From positions 8,273 through 72,272 of the forward strand of contig SHYW01000004.1 of NCBI GenBank assembly GCA_009692615.1: a DNA stretch of 64,000 bases. The letters run 5' to 3'. The notes beneath the pieces are model-generated. The model had not been told where the DNA came from and did no database searches. It worked only from the letters and a program-made list of their open reading frames with translations. Origin of the DNA: Deltaproteobacteria bacterium (GTDB taxonomy: Bacteria > Desulfobacterota > Binatia > UBA9968). Below are positions 34,388 through 44,107 of the stretch, in pieces. The translations under genes and the position numbers were made by a program. How positions within the stretch are numbered: position 1 is the first letter of the stretch; each line of letters opens with the position of its first letter.

Positions 34388-34717
34388 ATGATCAAAAACA
34401 ACCTCAAACCCTTAGCCTTGTCAGCCATGATGGCGCTGTCTGTGACGGTCGGCGCCGGCCACGCTAAAGCTAACGAAAGCGGCGTCATTTCCAAGCAGGC
34501 GAACGCCGATGGCACCTACTGCCACATCAAATATATGGCGTTCACCGCTGAATCCCTGCGCAACGGTTCGTTGGAATTCGAACCGTCCGACGTCATCGAC
34601 AGCTACGGCCCCTGCGATTTCGATCCCAAGAGCCAGCAGGAAGTGCGCAAACAATTGGCCGCCTCCAGTCGCGGTATTCACGGCGACGGCAGCAGCAGCG
34701 GCGACAGCGGCGACTAA
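34388..34717 (+). CDS. Small secreted protein, unknown function
   Basis: 109 aa with a strong RBS, aaggagg. It has the signal LALSAMMALSVTVGAGHAKA, two Cys and a Gly/Ser/Asp-rich tail. Confidence 0.6.
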   Translation: MIKNNLKPLALSAMMALSVTVGAGHAKANESGVISKQANADGTYCHIKYMAFTAESLRNGSLEFEPSDVIDSYGPCDFDPKSQQEVRKQLAASSRGIHGDGSSSGDSGD

Positions 34718-34750
34718 TCCCGATCGATCCTTATCCAATCGAACCGATCA

Positions 34751-34788
34751 GACTGGGAGAGTCACTCGCTCTCCCAGTCTTTTTTTTT
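34751..34788 (+). terminator. Rho-independent terminator
   Basis: The stem is gactgggagag / ctctcccagtc with a 7 nt loop, followed by a run of nine T. Confidence 0.8.
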
Positions 34789-35353
34789 AGCCTCGGCGTA
34801 AAGCCGGGTCGTGCATTTCCACGCACTCTCGCACCAATACGTCGGGATCGTGGTTGAAGATGACAACCGCCGAAGTTATTTTATTGCAAAAGCTAATTAT
34901 CTCTCGAAGATGATCGGCGACTCCGCCGCTACCGTCGAGGACACCGATGATCTTTCCTTCGTCGTAGGCGATGGTAAATTCGTTAAGCGTGCCGGTGGCG
35001 CCGCCAAAGATAATGACGATATCGGCCGAGCGGATATTGATGACATTGCGTCCCTTGTATCCGAAGCCGGTGTAGACGATGAGATCGGCGCCATCATCCG
35101 GCAACCCGAAGCGACTTACGTGTTCACGACGATTCTCCGCCGGTGAGATCCCCAACGCAAAACCGCCCCGTTTGCGAAACGCCTGGGCAACTTGATTCGG
35201 CATTCCGGTGGTAGCGCCGGTTAATAGAAAACAATCCGCGGCAGCGATCGCCGAGCCTAATTTTTCCGCCAGCTGTTGCAGGCGATTTTCTTCTGTTGCC
35301 GTGAGCCCATCGTTGGCCGACGCGCCCATCACGCCAATGACCGGTTTCGCCAT
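34787..35353 (-). CDS. LOG/TIGR00725-family Rossmann-like protein
   Basis: 188 aa. VIGVMGAS..LLTGATTGMPNQVAQAFRKRGGFALGISP..RNVINIRSADIVIIFGGATGTLNEF fits the TIGR00725/lysine-decarboxylase-like pattern. Confidence 0.65.
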   Translation of the reverse strand: MAKPVIGVMGASANDGLTATEENRLQQLAEKLGSAIAAADCFLLTGATTGMPNQVAQAFRKRGGFALGISPAENRREHVSRFGLPDDGADLIVYTGFGYKGRNVINIRSADIVIIFGGATGTLNEFTIAYDEGKIIGVLDGSGGVADHLREIISFCNKITSAVVIFNHDPDVLVRECVEMHDPALRRG

Positions 35354-35408
35354 CCCCGCCTCCTATTATTGTAATTGACTGACCCCAGCCTTTTTTTACT
35401 TTGCCCAC

Positions 35409-36416
35409 ATGGGAAGACACCTTTTCCCAATCATCCTAACAGCCGTTCTGCCATTCTCAACGAGTTTTGGCGCCGAACGCTCGCAATTGGATCGTGCCAA
35501 GCGTGAAGGAAAGCTGGTTGCCTATTTGGCGATGAACGCCGCCGACGCGGTCACCGTGCAAACCAGCTTCGAGAAAAAATATCCCCAGATCAAAGTCGAA
35601 CTGGTGCGCATGGGCGCGCCGGCGATCTTGCAGCGCATTCTCACCGAGCATCGCGGCGGCAAAGTATTTACCGACGTCGTGCTCGGCTTTGGCTTTGTCC
35701 ACTACGAGCTGGCGCAGCAAAAGCTCTTGGCCAAATACGAATCGCCGGAGCGAAACAACTATGTCGCGCAGTTCAAAGACACTGAAGGTTATTGGACCAA
35801 CGTCATGCCGATCGTCCACACCGTCGCCTACAACAGCAAAATGTTGTCGCCGGCGGAACTGCCGGCGCGCTACATCGACCCGCTGCAAGCCAAATGGAAA
35901 GGCCGGCTCGGTTTGAACAGCAACAATCTAATGTTCCTGGCCGCCATGACGACCCATTTCGGCAAGGAAGCCGGCAGGGACTTTTTGCAGAAACTCGCCG
36001 CCCAGTCGCCACAAGTTCGCGGCGGCGGCAGTTTACTCTTAACCCTCGTCGCCGCCGGGGAGTTTCCCTTGGGATTTTCGATCAACGAAAACAACGTCGA
36101 AAATCTAAAACTCAAAGGCGCGCCGGTGGATTGGTTAAAGCCGATCGATCCGCTCTACGGCGAGTTGGTGTCCATCGGCGTCACGGCGGGCGCGGCCCAT
36201 CCAAATGCCGCGAGGTTATTTATCGATTACGTCTTATCGAAGGACGGCCAAGAGCTGTTTCGCAATCTGGGAAAAATTCCCGCGCGCAGCGATGTCACGC
36301 CCAAGATCAGCATTGATCGCGACAAGATCCGCATGATCCCGCCCGAAGAAGCGGCGCGCACCCAATACTACGCCAAACTGTTCGACTATCTATTCGTGAA
36401 ACGGGCGGCTAAATAA
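35409..36416 (+). CDS. Family-1 extracellular solute-binding protein (Fe3+-type ABC SBP)
   Basis: 335 aa with a signal peptide. AKREGKLVAYLAMNAADAVTVQTSFEKKYPQIKVELVR is parallel to the other three family-1 SBPs in the window. Confidence 0.75.
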   Translation: MGRHLFPIILTAVLPFSTSFGAERSQLDRAKREGKLVAYLAMNAADAVTVQTSFEKKYPQIKVELVRMGAPAILQRILTEHRGGKVFTDVVLGFGFVHYELAQQKLLAKYESPERNNYVAQFKDTEGYWTNVMPIVHTVAYNSKMLSPAELPARYIDPLQAKWKGRLGLNSNNLMFLAAMTTHFGKEAGRDFLQKLAAQSPQVRGGGSLLLTLVAAGEFPLGFSINENNVENLKLKGAPVDWLKPIDPLYGELVSIGVTAGAAHPNAARLFIDYVLSKDGQELFRNLGKIPARSDVTPKISIDRDKIRMIPPEEAARTQYYAKLFDYLFVKRAAK

Positions 36417-37614
36417 CTTTTTCGCGCTTGAGCGCTTCGATAGCGGCGCCGTCGTAGCCAAGCTCGGCGAGAATCGCCTCATTGTTTTCACCGAGCCCAG
36501 GAATCCGATCGTAGCGCGCCTCGCTTTTCGACATCTTGAGCGCGTTGGCGATCACTGGAACTTTGCCTACCGGCGATTCGGCTTCACGGATGAGTTTGCG
36601 CGCGATCACTTGGGGATGGGCTAACACTTGGGCAATGCCACGCACGATACCGTGCGGCAACTCGGCTTTCTTCAGTTGCTCAAGCCAAAATTTGTGGTCG
36701 CGGGCGGAAAAAATATCCTCGATCGTCTCTTCCAGCAGACCCCGGTTTGTCCGCCGATCTTGAACCGTGGCAAAACGCGCGTCGGTAAGCATCTCGGGTT
36801 TTTCAATGACGACTTTGCAGAAGACATTCCAATCCGCCGGACTTGCCACCGCCAGGTTGACGTATTCGCCGTCCCCCGCCAGATACGGCCCGTAGGGACA
36901 AACATAATGATGACGCATGCCGACGCGCCCAGGCTCTTCGCCGGCGTGCCAGTAGTGATGGGGAAAATATCCGAGCCACGAGACAATGGAATCGAGCATG
37001 GACACGTCGACCCATTGTCCCTCGCCGGTCTTCTCGCGCTGGTACAAAGCGAGCAGTAGACCGATCGCCGCATACATGCCGGAAGCGATGTCGGCGATGG
37101 CGATGCCCGCTTTCGCCGGCTTGTCGGGATAGCCGGTGGTGGCAATGATCCCGCCCTCGCCTTGAATCAAAAGATCGTAAGCCTTCACATCGCGATACGG
37201 CCCGTCTTGGCCATAACCGGACAGCGAACAATAGATCAGCCGCGGATTGAGTTCTGAAAGCTTTTCATAGCCGAGTCCAAGCCGGCCGGCGACGCCAGGC
37301 GCATAATTCTCGAAGAAAATATCCGAGCGCTTGGCTAACTCTTGCAGAATCTCGCGCCCCTTTTCTTTTTTAACATTGACCGTCAAACTGCGCTTGTTGC
37401 GATTCAACCAAACGTAACCGGAAGACAATCCTTTCACGACCGAATCCCAGGAACGAATCACATCGCCGACACCGGGCCGCTCGACTTTGATCACTTCCGC
37501 GCCCATATCGGCGAGCAAGCAAGTTGCAAACGGGCCGGAGAGCACCTGCTCGAATGCGAGTATCTTCACGCCATCTAATGCCCGCGTAGGTTTCGAATTA
37601 CTTGCCACAGCCAC
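36409..37614 (-). CDS. Family III CoA-transferase (CaiB/BaiF)
   Basis: 401 aa. LDGVKILAFEQVLSGPFATCLLADMGAEVIKVERPGVGD and GIAIADIASG are present. Confidence 0.85.
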   Translation of the reverse strand: MAVASNSKPTRALDGVKILAFEQVLSGPFATCLLADMGAEVIKVERPGVGDVIRSWDSVVKGLSSGYVWLNRNKRSLTVNVKKEKGREILQELAKRSDIFFENYAPGVAGRLGLGYEKLSELNPRLIYCSLSGYGQDGPYRDVKAYDLLIQGEGGIIATTGYPDKPAKAGIAIADIASGMYAAIGLLLALYQREKTGEGQWVDVSMLDSIVSWLGYFPHHYWHAGEEPGRVGMRHHYVCPYGPYLAGDGEYVNLAVASPADWNVFCKVVIEKPEMLTDARFATVQDRRTNRGLLEETIEDIFSARDHKFWLEQLKKAELPHGIVRGIAQVLAHPQVIARKLIREAESPVGKVPVIANALKMSKSEARYDRIPGLGENNEAILAELGYDGAAIEALKREKVI

Positions 37615-37634
37615 CCCTTAAGTATTGAACAGAA

Positions 37635-38144
37635 TTACTTCTTGTCTTCTTTGATTTCCGGAAACAAATCGTTCTTCGGCGCGAACGCTTTCTTCCACAC
37701 CATCACGCTACGCGCGTAGTCGATGACGACTTTGCCTTCTTGCTGAATGCCGCGGGTGCGCACTTTGATAATGCCCCACTGCGGCTTGGAACTGGACTCG
37801 CGCTTTTCAAGCACTTCCGATTCGGAATAAAGGGTATCGCCGGCGAACAGCGGATTGGGTAGTTTGATGCCGTCCCAGCCCAGCGCGAAGCCATTCTCGC
37901 TCACATCCGCCACGCCCATGCCGGCGACGATGGCAAGAGTCAAAGCGCTGTTGATCAGACATTTACCGAACTCGGTGCGCTTGCCGTACTCGTTGTTGAA
38001 ATGAATCTGATTGGTGTTGTTGGTGAGCAATGTGAACCAAATGTTATCCGCTTCGGTGACCGTCCGTCCCAAGCGGCAGCGATAGACGTCGCCGATTTCA
38101 AAGTCCTCAAAAAAACGCCCTTCCCAACCCGGCTTAATCGCCAT
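37635..38144 (-). CDS. MaoC-like (R)-specific enoyl-CoA hydratase, mesaconyl/itaconyl-CoA hydratase-like
   Basis: 169 aa, single hot-dog fold. GRFFEDFEIGDVYRCRLGRTVTEADNIWFTLLTNNTNQIHFNNEY..FGKCLINSALTLAIVAG. Confidence 0.75.
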   Translation of the reverse strand: MAIKPGWEGRFFEDFEIGDVYRCRLGRTVTEADNIWFTLLTNNTNQIHFNNEYGKRTEFGKCLINSALTLAIVAGMGVADVSENGFALGWDGIKLPNPLFAGDTLYSESEVLEKRESSSKPQWGIIKVRTRGIQQEGKVVIDYARSVMVWKKAFAPKNDLFPEIKEDKK

Positions 38145-38209
38145 GACGCGCCTCCTGTTTAAGCAAAAACAACATTACGCTATAGTCTAGGTAATTATAG
38201 GGGGAAGTA

Positions 38210-39370
38210 ATGGATTTCAACCTGACCACCGAGCAGCAGCAGATTCGCGACGAGATTAAAAAAGTCTGCAAAGAATTTCCCGACGCCTACTGGCGCAAGA
38301 TCGACAGCGAAAAAGCCTATCCTGATACATTCGTGAAAAAACTTAGCGATCTCGGCTGGCTGGCGGCGCTGATCCCCGAAGAATTTGGCGGCACCGGACT
38401 GGGCATCACCGAAGCGAGCATCATCTTGGAAGAGATCAACCACTCCGGCGGCGTCGCCACCGCATGTCATGCGCAGATGTATACGATGGGCACACTGCTG
38501 CGCCACGGCAACGACGAACAGAAGAAACGCTACCTACCGAAAATCGCCACCGGCGAGCTACGCCTGCAAGCCTTCGGCGTCACCGAGCCCAACGCCGGCT
38601 CGGAGTCGACGCGCATTCAAACCATGGCGGTGAAAAAAGGCGACCGCTACTTGATCAACGGCGAGAAAATTTTTATCTCACGCGTGCTGCAATCCGACTT
38701 GATGCTGCTGCTTGCCCGCACCACGCCGTATAACGAACTGAAGGACAAAACCCGCGGCCTGTCGGTCTTCATCGTCGATTTGAAAGCCAATCGAGAAAAA
38801 CTCGACGTAAAACCACTCGACCTGATGATCAACCATCACACCAACGCGCTGTTCTTCGATAATGTCGAAGTGCCGGTGGAGAATTTAATCGGCGAAGAAG
38901 GCATGGGTTTTCGCTACATCATCGACGGCTGGAACGCGGAAAGAATTCTCGTCGCCGCCGAAGCGGTTGGCGACGGCCGCTGGTTCGTTGAGCGCGCCGC
39001 CAAGTACGCTAGCGAGAGAAATGTCTTCGGCAAAGCCATCGGCTCGAATCAGGGCATCCAATTTCCCATCGCCAAAGCTTACGCCAATATCGAGGCAGCT
39101 GACTTAGTACGCTACCAAGCCGCGACCAAATTCGATCGCAAGGAAAAATGCGGCGCCGAAGCGAACCTGGCCAAGTATCTAGCGAGCGAAGCGGCTTGGG
39201 AAGCGGCGAATGCCTGTCTGACCACCCATGGCGGCTACGGCTTCGCGGCGGAATACGATGTCGAAAGAAAATTTCGCGAGACGCGTTTGCTAACCATCGC
39301 GCCGGTGAGCAACAATCTTGTGCTGGCTTATCTCGGACAACATGTGCTCGGCATGCCTAAGTCGTACTAA
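38210..39370 (+). CDS. Acyl-CoA dehydrogenase
   Basis: 386 aa. FGVTEPNAGSES and GGYGFAAEYDVERKFRETRL carry the catalytic-base context typical of ACADs. Confidence 0.85.
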   Translation: MDFNLTTEQQQIRDEIKKVCKEFPDAYWRKIDSEKAYPDTFVKKLSDLGWLAALIPEEFGGTGLGITEASIILEEINHSGGVATACHAQMYTMGTLLRHGNDEQKKRYLPKIATGELRLQAFGVTEPNAGSESTRIQTMAVKKGDRYLINGEKIFISRVLQSDLMLLLARTTPYNELKDKTRGLSVFIVDLKANREKLDVKPLDLMINHHTNALFFDNVEVPVENLIGEEGMGFRYIIDGWNAERILVAAEAVGDGRWFVERAAKYASERNVFGKAIGSNQGIQFPIAKAYANIEAADLVRYQAATKFDRKEKCGAEANLAKYLASEAAWEAANACLTTHGGYGFAAEYDVERKFRETRLLTIAPVSNNLVLAYLGQHVLGMPKSY

Positions 39371-39454
39371 AAAAATGGAGCGCGGACATTGGAGCTCGGA
39401 CACTCCTGTCCGCGTATTTTCCTGAGCGGGTTAGAAAACCCGCGCTCCTTTAAC

Positions 39455-40657
39455 TCAAGATGCAAGACTCTTGGAATTTTCCCTCTTGCTCATCCTTCGC
39501 AACCACACCACACCGATAAGAAACAGCACTGTTGACCCCAACGAGCCAACCACGAACACGCTGGCGATGCCGGTGGCGTGAGCGATGAAGCCGCCGATGG
39601 ATGGACCGAGAATATTGCCCAGATCGCCGGCGGCGTTGTAAACACCCGAAGCCAAACCGCGGCGGACTTTCGATTCCGGTACGTCTTGGACTAAACCGAC
39701 CGCGTTCGCGACAAACACGATAGCGCGCATGAAACCCGACGCGACGTAGACGACGATGATCGTGCCGAAAGTAGAAAACAGCGGCACCAGCATCAAGATC
39801 AACGCTTGCAGCGGCAAACCGAGATAGGACAAGCCTTTGTGGCCGACTTTGTTGACCACATGGCCGCTGATTGGCCGGGTCACCGCATTGCAGCCGGCGT
39901 AGGCGGCGCGGATGATGCCGATTTGGGTCAGACTCATGCCGACCCCCAAGCCGTAGAGCGAAATGAACACGCCGCCCATTTGATGCAATAAATTTAAAAA
40001 CAACGCGACCAACACGACGAATGCCAACTCGGGTTCGAGCAAAGCTTTGAGTGAATCTTTAGAAGTCAGCTTCGCCGTTTCCTTAGCTTTCGCCACGCTC
40101 TCGCCGATCGCCTCAGGGCCATGGAGCAGCCACAAAAGCGCCACCGCCACCAACGACAAGAACGCCCCCAATTGAAACGTCCAGCCATAACCCCAATGAT
40201 CGGCGATCAAGCCGCCGAAAAAATTTCCCGTCGAGTAACCCAACGCCAGGGTGCCGACGTAGTAGCCCATGGCGTGGTTGCGGTTTTCATCGGGGGATAA
40301 AGAATCGACGTAGAACGCCATGTAAAGCGTAGTCACCGCACTGTAGGCAAAACCGTTGAGGCAATGGACGATGGCGAAGGTCCAGCTGCTGAGCGCGAAG
40401 CTATAGCAATAATTGGTCACGCCCATCGCCAGCACCGCCAGGGAAACCAGCAGCCGTGCTCTGTTCCGAACGTAGAGCATGCCCACCGGCAGGCGCGCCA
40501 TCAACGCGAAGATCGGCCCGAGGGAGATCAACGTGCCGATCAACGCCACTGGAATATGCATATGATCGAGATAAGGCGGGATCACCGTCGATGCCGAATT
40601 GCTTTGAATCGTCACCGCGACGATCGGCACCAGAAGTTTGACCGTGCTGAGCTTCAT
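39455..40657 (-). CDS. MFS transporter
   Basis: 400 aa with about 12 TM segments. There is an MFS-like loop, PVGMLYVRNRARL, between TM2 and TM3. Confidence 0.8.
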   Translation of the reverse strand: MKLSTVKLLVPIVAVTIQSNSASTVIPPYLDHMHIPVALIGTLISLGPIFALMARLPVGMLYVRNRARLLVSLAVLAMGVTNYCYSFALSSWTFAIVHCLNGFAYSAVTTLYMAFYVDSLSPDENRNHAMGYYVGTLALGYSTGNFFGGLIADHWGYGWTFQLGAFLSLVAVALLWLLHGPEAIGESVAKAKETAKLTSKDSLKALLEPELAFVVLVALFLNLLHQMGGVFISLYGLGVGMSLTQIGIIRAAYAGCNAVTRPISGHVVNKVGHKGLSYLGLPLQALILMLVPLFSTFGTIIVVYVASGFMRAIVFVANAVGLVQDVPESKVRRGLASGVYNAAGDLGNILGPSIGGFIAHATGIASVFVVGSLGSTVLFLIGVVWLRRMSKRENSKSLAS

Positions 40658-40727
40658 ATCCCAACAGTTATTCTCTAAAACTTTCCCGTCTTCAAGCGAA
40701 CGGCGGGAAAGATTTCTCCCAGGGGTC

Positions 40728-40790
40728 GAAATGACAGATGAGTCTTATTCAACTTCTGTCATCTCGAACGAAGTGAGAGATCTCGTCCTC
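40728..40790. repeat. REP-like inverted repeat (gaaatgacagatgag...ctgtcatctcgaacgaagtgagagatctc)
   Basis: It lies in the 220 nt spacer that the track ORF 40638-41762 wrongly reads through. Confidence 0.55.
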
Positions 40791-40877
40791 AAAGGCAAAA
40801 CGGTCACTCAGCCAACCGACGACGTTAGACATTCGCCGCCCCTTCAGGTAAAAATTTCCGCCAAGGAGATTTTTCCC

Positions 40878-41762
40878 ATGGATTTGATCCGCTCGTGGAT
40901 GTTCGTGCCGGGACACCGGCAAAAGATGATCGACAAAGCGTTCGGCTTGAACGCCGACGCGATCATGCTCGATATCGAAGACGGCGTCGCGCCCAATGAA
41001 AAAGACGCCGCGCGCAAAAATATCGGCGAATCCTTGGGCCGCGCCAAAGTTCCCGTCTCCCCCGCCCGCTACGTGCGCATCAACTCCATCGGCCACCAGT
41101 GGATGGACGCCGACTTGGCCGCGGTTGTTCGTCCCGGTCTCGAAGGATTAGTCTGTCCGAAAGTCGACACCGTCGACGATGTGCGCAAAGTCGATGCGCT
41201 TTTGAACGAAATGGAACCGAAGAACCAAATCGCCAAGGGCAGCGTACGATTATTGATCGCCATCGAGAGCCCAAAGGGGCTATTCAATGCGCCGGCCATC
41301 GCCGCCGCGTCATCGCGCATCGTCGGGATCATTTTTGGCGCCGAGGACTTCGGCCGCGAGATCGGCCTACCCGCCGTACGGGAAGGCGAAGCACGAGATC
41401 TAATCTACGCCCGCTCAGCCATCGTCGTCGCCGCTGCAGCGGCTCACGTCCAAGCGGTGGACGGCGTCTGGGTCGATTTGAACGACACAGCAGGCCTGCA
41501 CGGCTTCGCCAAGCAGTCGCGCCAACTCGGCTTCTCAGCCATGTCGTGCATTCATCCCTCGCAAGTCGACGCGATCAATACGGTCTTCAGTCCGACCGCG
41601 ACGGAAATCGACTACTGTCAAAAAGTCCTGCAAGCGTTTGGAGAAGCGAACGCGCGCGGCGACGGCTCCATCGCTTTTGGCGGCCAACTCATCGACCGCC
41701 CCATCGTCGAGCGCGCCCGGCGCACCATCGACATGGCGAAGTCGTTGGGCATGATCCAATAA
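40878..41762 (+). CDS. HpcH/HpaI aldolase-citrate lyase beta (CitE)-like acyl-CoA lyase (malyl/citramalyl-CoA lyase-like)
   Basis: ATG at 40878 with RBS aaggag. MDLIRSWMFVPGHRQKMIDKAFGLNADAIMLDIEDGVAP..IESPKG..GAEDF. Confidence 0.8.
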   Translation: MDLIRSWMFVPGHRQKMIDKAFGLNADAIMLDIEDGVAPNEKDAARKNIGESLGRAKVPVSPARYVRINSIGHQWMDADLAAVVRPGLEGLVCPKVDTVDDVRKVDALLNEMEPKNQIAKGSVRLLIAIESPKGLFNAPAIAAASSRIVGIIFGAEDFGREIGLPAVREGEARDLIYARSAIVVAAAAAHVQAVDGVWVDLNDTAGLHGFAKQSRQLGFSAMSCIHPSQVDAINTVFSPTATEIDYCQKVLQAFGEANARGDGSIAFGGQLIDRPIVERARRTIDMAKSLGMIQ

Positions 41763-41791
41763 ACTGATGCAACATCAAAGGAAGTAGGCCA

Positions 41792-42724
41792 ATGAAATTC
41801 AAATTGCCATTGTTGCTCGCCGCCGTCAGTCTCTTCACCATGGGCGCTGCCGCGCCGGTGCGCCTGACGCCGGTGAAAATCGCCGACAACGTTTATCTGA
41901 TGCAGCATTCCGGCGGGTCGGGCAATTCTACCGTAGTGTTCACCAACGACGGCGTGGTCGTGCTCGACTTCGCCATCGACAGCGCCGACCAAACCCTGGC
42001 GTTCATCCGGAAAACCACCGACAAAAAAATAAGATTTCTCATCACCTCTCACAGCGCCGGCGACCATGCGACTGGCTCCATGCACTTCCGTGAAGACAAA
42101 CCGATCTGGATCGGCAGCAAAAATCAGATCCACGATTTTCAAATGCAGGAGCTGAAAGATTTCAACGAGCGAAAAAATTCCGCCGACCCGCGCTTCGCGG
42201 CTTACAAAAAAGGCGACCTGGGCCAGCCCGATATCGGCATCGAAGCGCCGACGACGATTTACTTGGGGGGCCTGACGTTTCAGATCACTCCCGAGGGTCG
42301 CGGCCACAGCACCGGGGATTTGACCGTCTACATTCCGCAGAAACGCGTCATGCTCATGGGCGATCTGCTCGACACCGAGATTCATCCCGGCCAAGGCGAG
42401 TCGGGAGAAATTTTTTATTCCAACGTCAAAGGCTGGATTCAGATTCTCGACAACATCATGGCGCGCAATCTGCCGGTGGAGACGTTTGTTCCGGGCCACG
42501 GCCCCGCTCACTTGGGCAGAGGCGTAAAGGATTTAGAAGAGCAGAAACGCTATTTCGTCGTCATGCGCGACGAGGTGGCCAAGATGATCGCCGCGGGCAA
42601 GAGCCTGGAGCAAATCGAAAAAGAATTCAAAATTCCCCAAGAGTTCGCACACTATACTCGGCCCGAACGGCTGCGTTCGTTCTACAAACTTTTTTACAAT
42701 CAGTTGATGGAAACCGGTTATTAG
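41792..42724 (+). CDS. Secreted MBL-fold metallo-hydrolase-like protein with a degenerate metal motif
   Basis: 310 aa with a signal peptide. LITSHSAGDHATGS replaces the canonical HxHxDH motif. Later come GHSTGDL and VPGHGP. Confidence 0.55.
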   Translation: MKFKLPLLLAAVSLFTMGAAAPVRLTPVKIADNVYLMQHSGGSGNSTVVFTNDGVVVLDFAIDSADQTLAFIRKTTDKKIRFLITSHSAGDHATGSMHFREDKPIWIGSKNQIHDFQMQELKDFNERKNSADPRFAAYKKGDLGQPDIGIEAPTTIYLGGLTFQITPEGRGHSTGDLTVYIPQKRVMLMGDLLDTEIHPGQGESGEIFYSNVKGWIQILDNIMARNLPVETFVPGHGPAHLGRGVKDLEEQKRYFVVMRDEVAKMIAAGKSLEQIEKEFKIPQEFAHYTRPERLRSFYKLFYNQLMETGY

Positions 42725-42737
42725 GGAGAGGGAATCA

Positions 42738-43784
42738 ATGAAACCCATCGTCGCAACAGTTCTCGTCACGTTAAGCATCGCCGGTTCGGCTTGGGCCCAG
42801 GGCAAGATGACCACCGAACAACTGGCCGCCTACGACAAACCCGACCGCGAGAAAGTGCTCTACGCCGGCGCTAAAGCCGAAGGCAAAGTCACTTGGTACA
42901 CCTCCCTGGCTGGCGATTCCTATAAAAAACTCGCCGCCGCGTACGAAGCGCGCTATCCCGGCGTGGCGGTGGAATCCTACCGCGCCACGCGCCAGGAGAT
43001 GAGCGCGCGCATCCTGGCCGAGTCCCAGGCCAAGCGCTACATCGCCGACACCATGGAGACGACGATTCCACTGTTAAAACTATTGAAGGACAACAACTGG
43101 CTGGTGCCTTATTATTTCTCGACCATCGCCAAGTATCCCGATAATGTCAAAGAAAAGGCGCCCAAGGGTTTGGTCTACTGGGCCATCGATCGCGAATCCC
43201 ACATCGGCCTCGCCTACAATAAAAATATCATCCCGCAGAAAATCGCGCCGCGAAACTACGAAGGACTGTTGCGCCCGGAATTCAAGGACAAGATCTCCTT
43301 CGCCGGTAGCGACACCGGCGTCACCGTCACCGGCGCCATGCTCAAGTTCAAAGGCGAGGAGTATGTCAGAAAGCTCAGAGCCTTAAATCCTTCGGTGCAC
43401 AACGTCTCCGGCCGCGCCTTGCTCGACATGGTGATCTCCGGCGAAGTTGGCGTCTCGCCGACGACGTTTCGCAATCACGTCGAAGTCTCGCTCAAAGCCG
43501 GCGCGCCCATCGAATGGATTCCCATGGACGTGGTGCCGTCCAACTCCGGCTCCACCGCGGTCCTCGCCAAGTCGCCTCATCCCAATGCCGCGTTGCTGTT
43601 GGCCGACTTCATCCTCGGACCGGGCGGGCAGAAAGTTCTCGAAGAGTACGAATACGGCAACCCGACCAAGGACTACGGCTTCAAGCGCTGGTATCCAGAA
43701 ACAGGCATGAGCGCCGAACAGATCGACAACCTCGAGAGCAAGTGGCGCACGATCATGCGCGACCTAACGCGACGGTCTTTCTAG
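42738..43784 (+). CDS. Family-1 extracellular solute-binding protein (Fe3+-type ABC SBP)
   Basis: 348 aa with a signal peptide. AKAEGKVTWYTSLAGDSYKKLAAAYEARYPGVAVESYR. Confidence 0.75.
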   Translation: MKPIVATVLVTLSIAGSAWAQGKMTTEQLAAYDKPDREKVLYAGAKAEGKVTWYTSLAGDSYKKLAAAYEARYPGVAVESYRATRQEMSARILAESQAKRYIADTMETTIPLLKLLKDNNWLVPYYFSTIAKYPDNVKEKAPKGLVYWAIDRESHIGLAYNKNIIPQKIAPRNYEGLLRPEFKDKISFAGSDTGVTVTGAMLKFKGEEYVRKLRALNPSVHNVSGRALLDMVISGEVGVSPTTFRNHVEVSLKAGAPIEWIPMDVVPSNSGSTAVLAKSPHPNAALLLADFILGPGGQKVLEEYEYGNPTKDYGFKRWYPETGMSAEQIDNLESKWRTIMRDLTRRSF

Positions 43785-43878
43785 TTTCTCCGGGAATTTG
43801 AATCCACGATAACGAAACTCCTTAGACTTCAAGCCGAAGGGTTTTGAGTGTGTCAACTGGAAGTCGCCTTGTTCCCAT

Positions 43879-43974
43879 CCGTCATTCCCGTGACAACGGG
43901 AATCCAGGGAGGGCGGGTTTTAAACCCGCCCCTACGGCGAATCACCTGGATTTCCGCGTGCGCGGGAATGACGG
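43879..43974. repeat. Nested composite REP: two inverted gtcattcccg..cgggaatcc hairpins flanking the ggcgggttttaaacccgcc hairpin
   Basis: ccgtcattcccgtgacaacgggaatccaggg + agggcgggttttaaacccgcccctacg + cctggatttccgcgtgcgcgggaatgacgg. The outer units are reverse complements of each other. Confidence 0.85.
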
Positions 43975-44107
43975 ACTTTCGCCGCGATTGGCGCATGTCC
44001 TGTCAGCCGTGGAAAAGGCAAGTGACGCCTATCATCGCCGCTCTGGTTTTTATTTGCCCTGCCGGATATATCATTGAACCAAAATCACCAGCGAGAGCGA
44101 GGTCATC

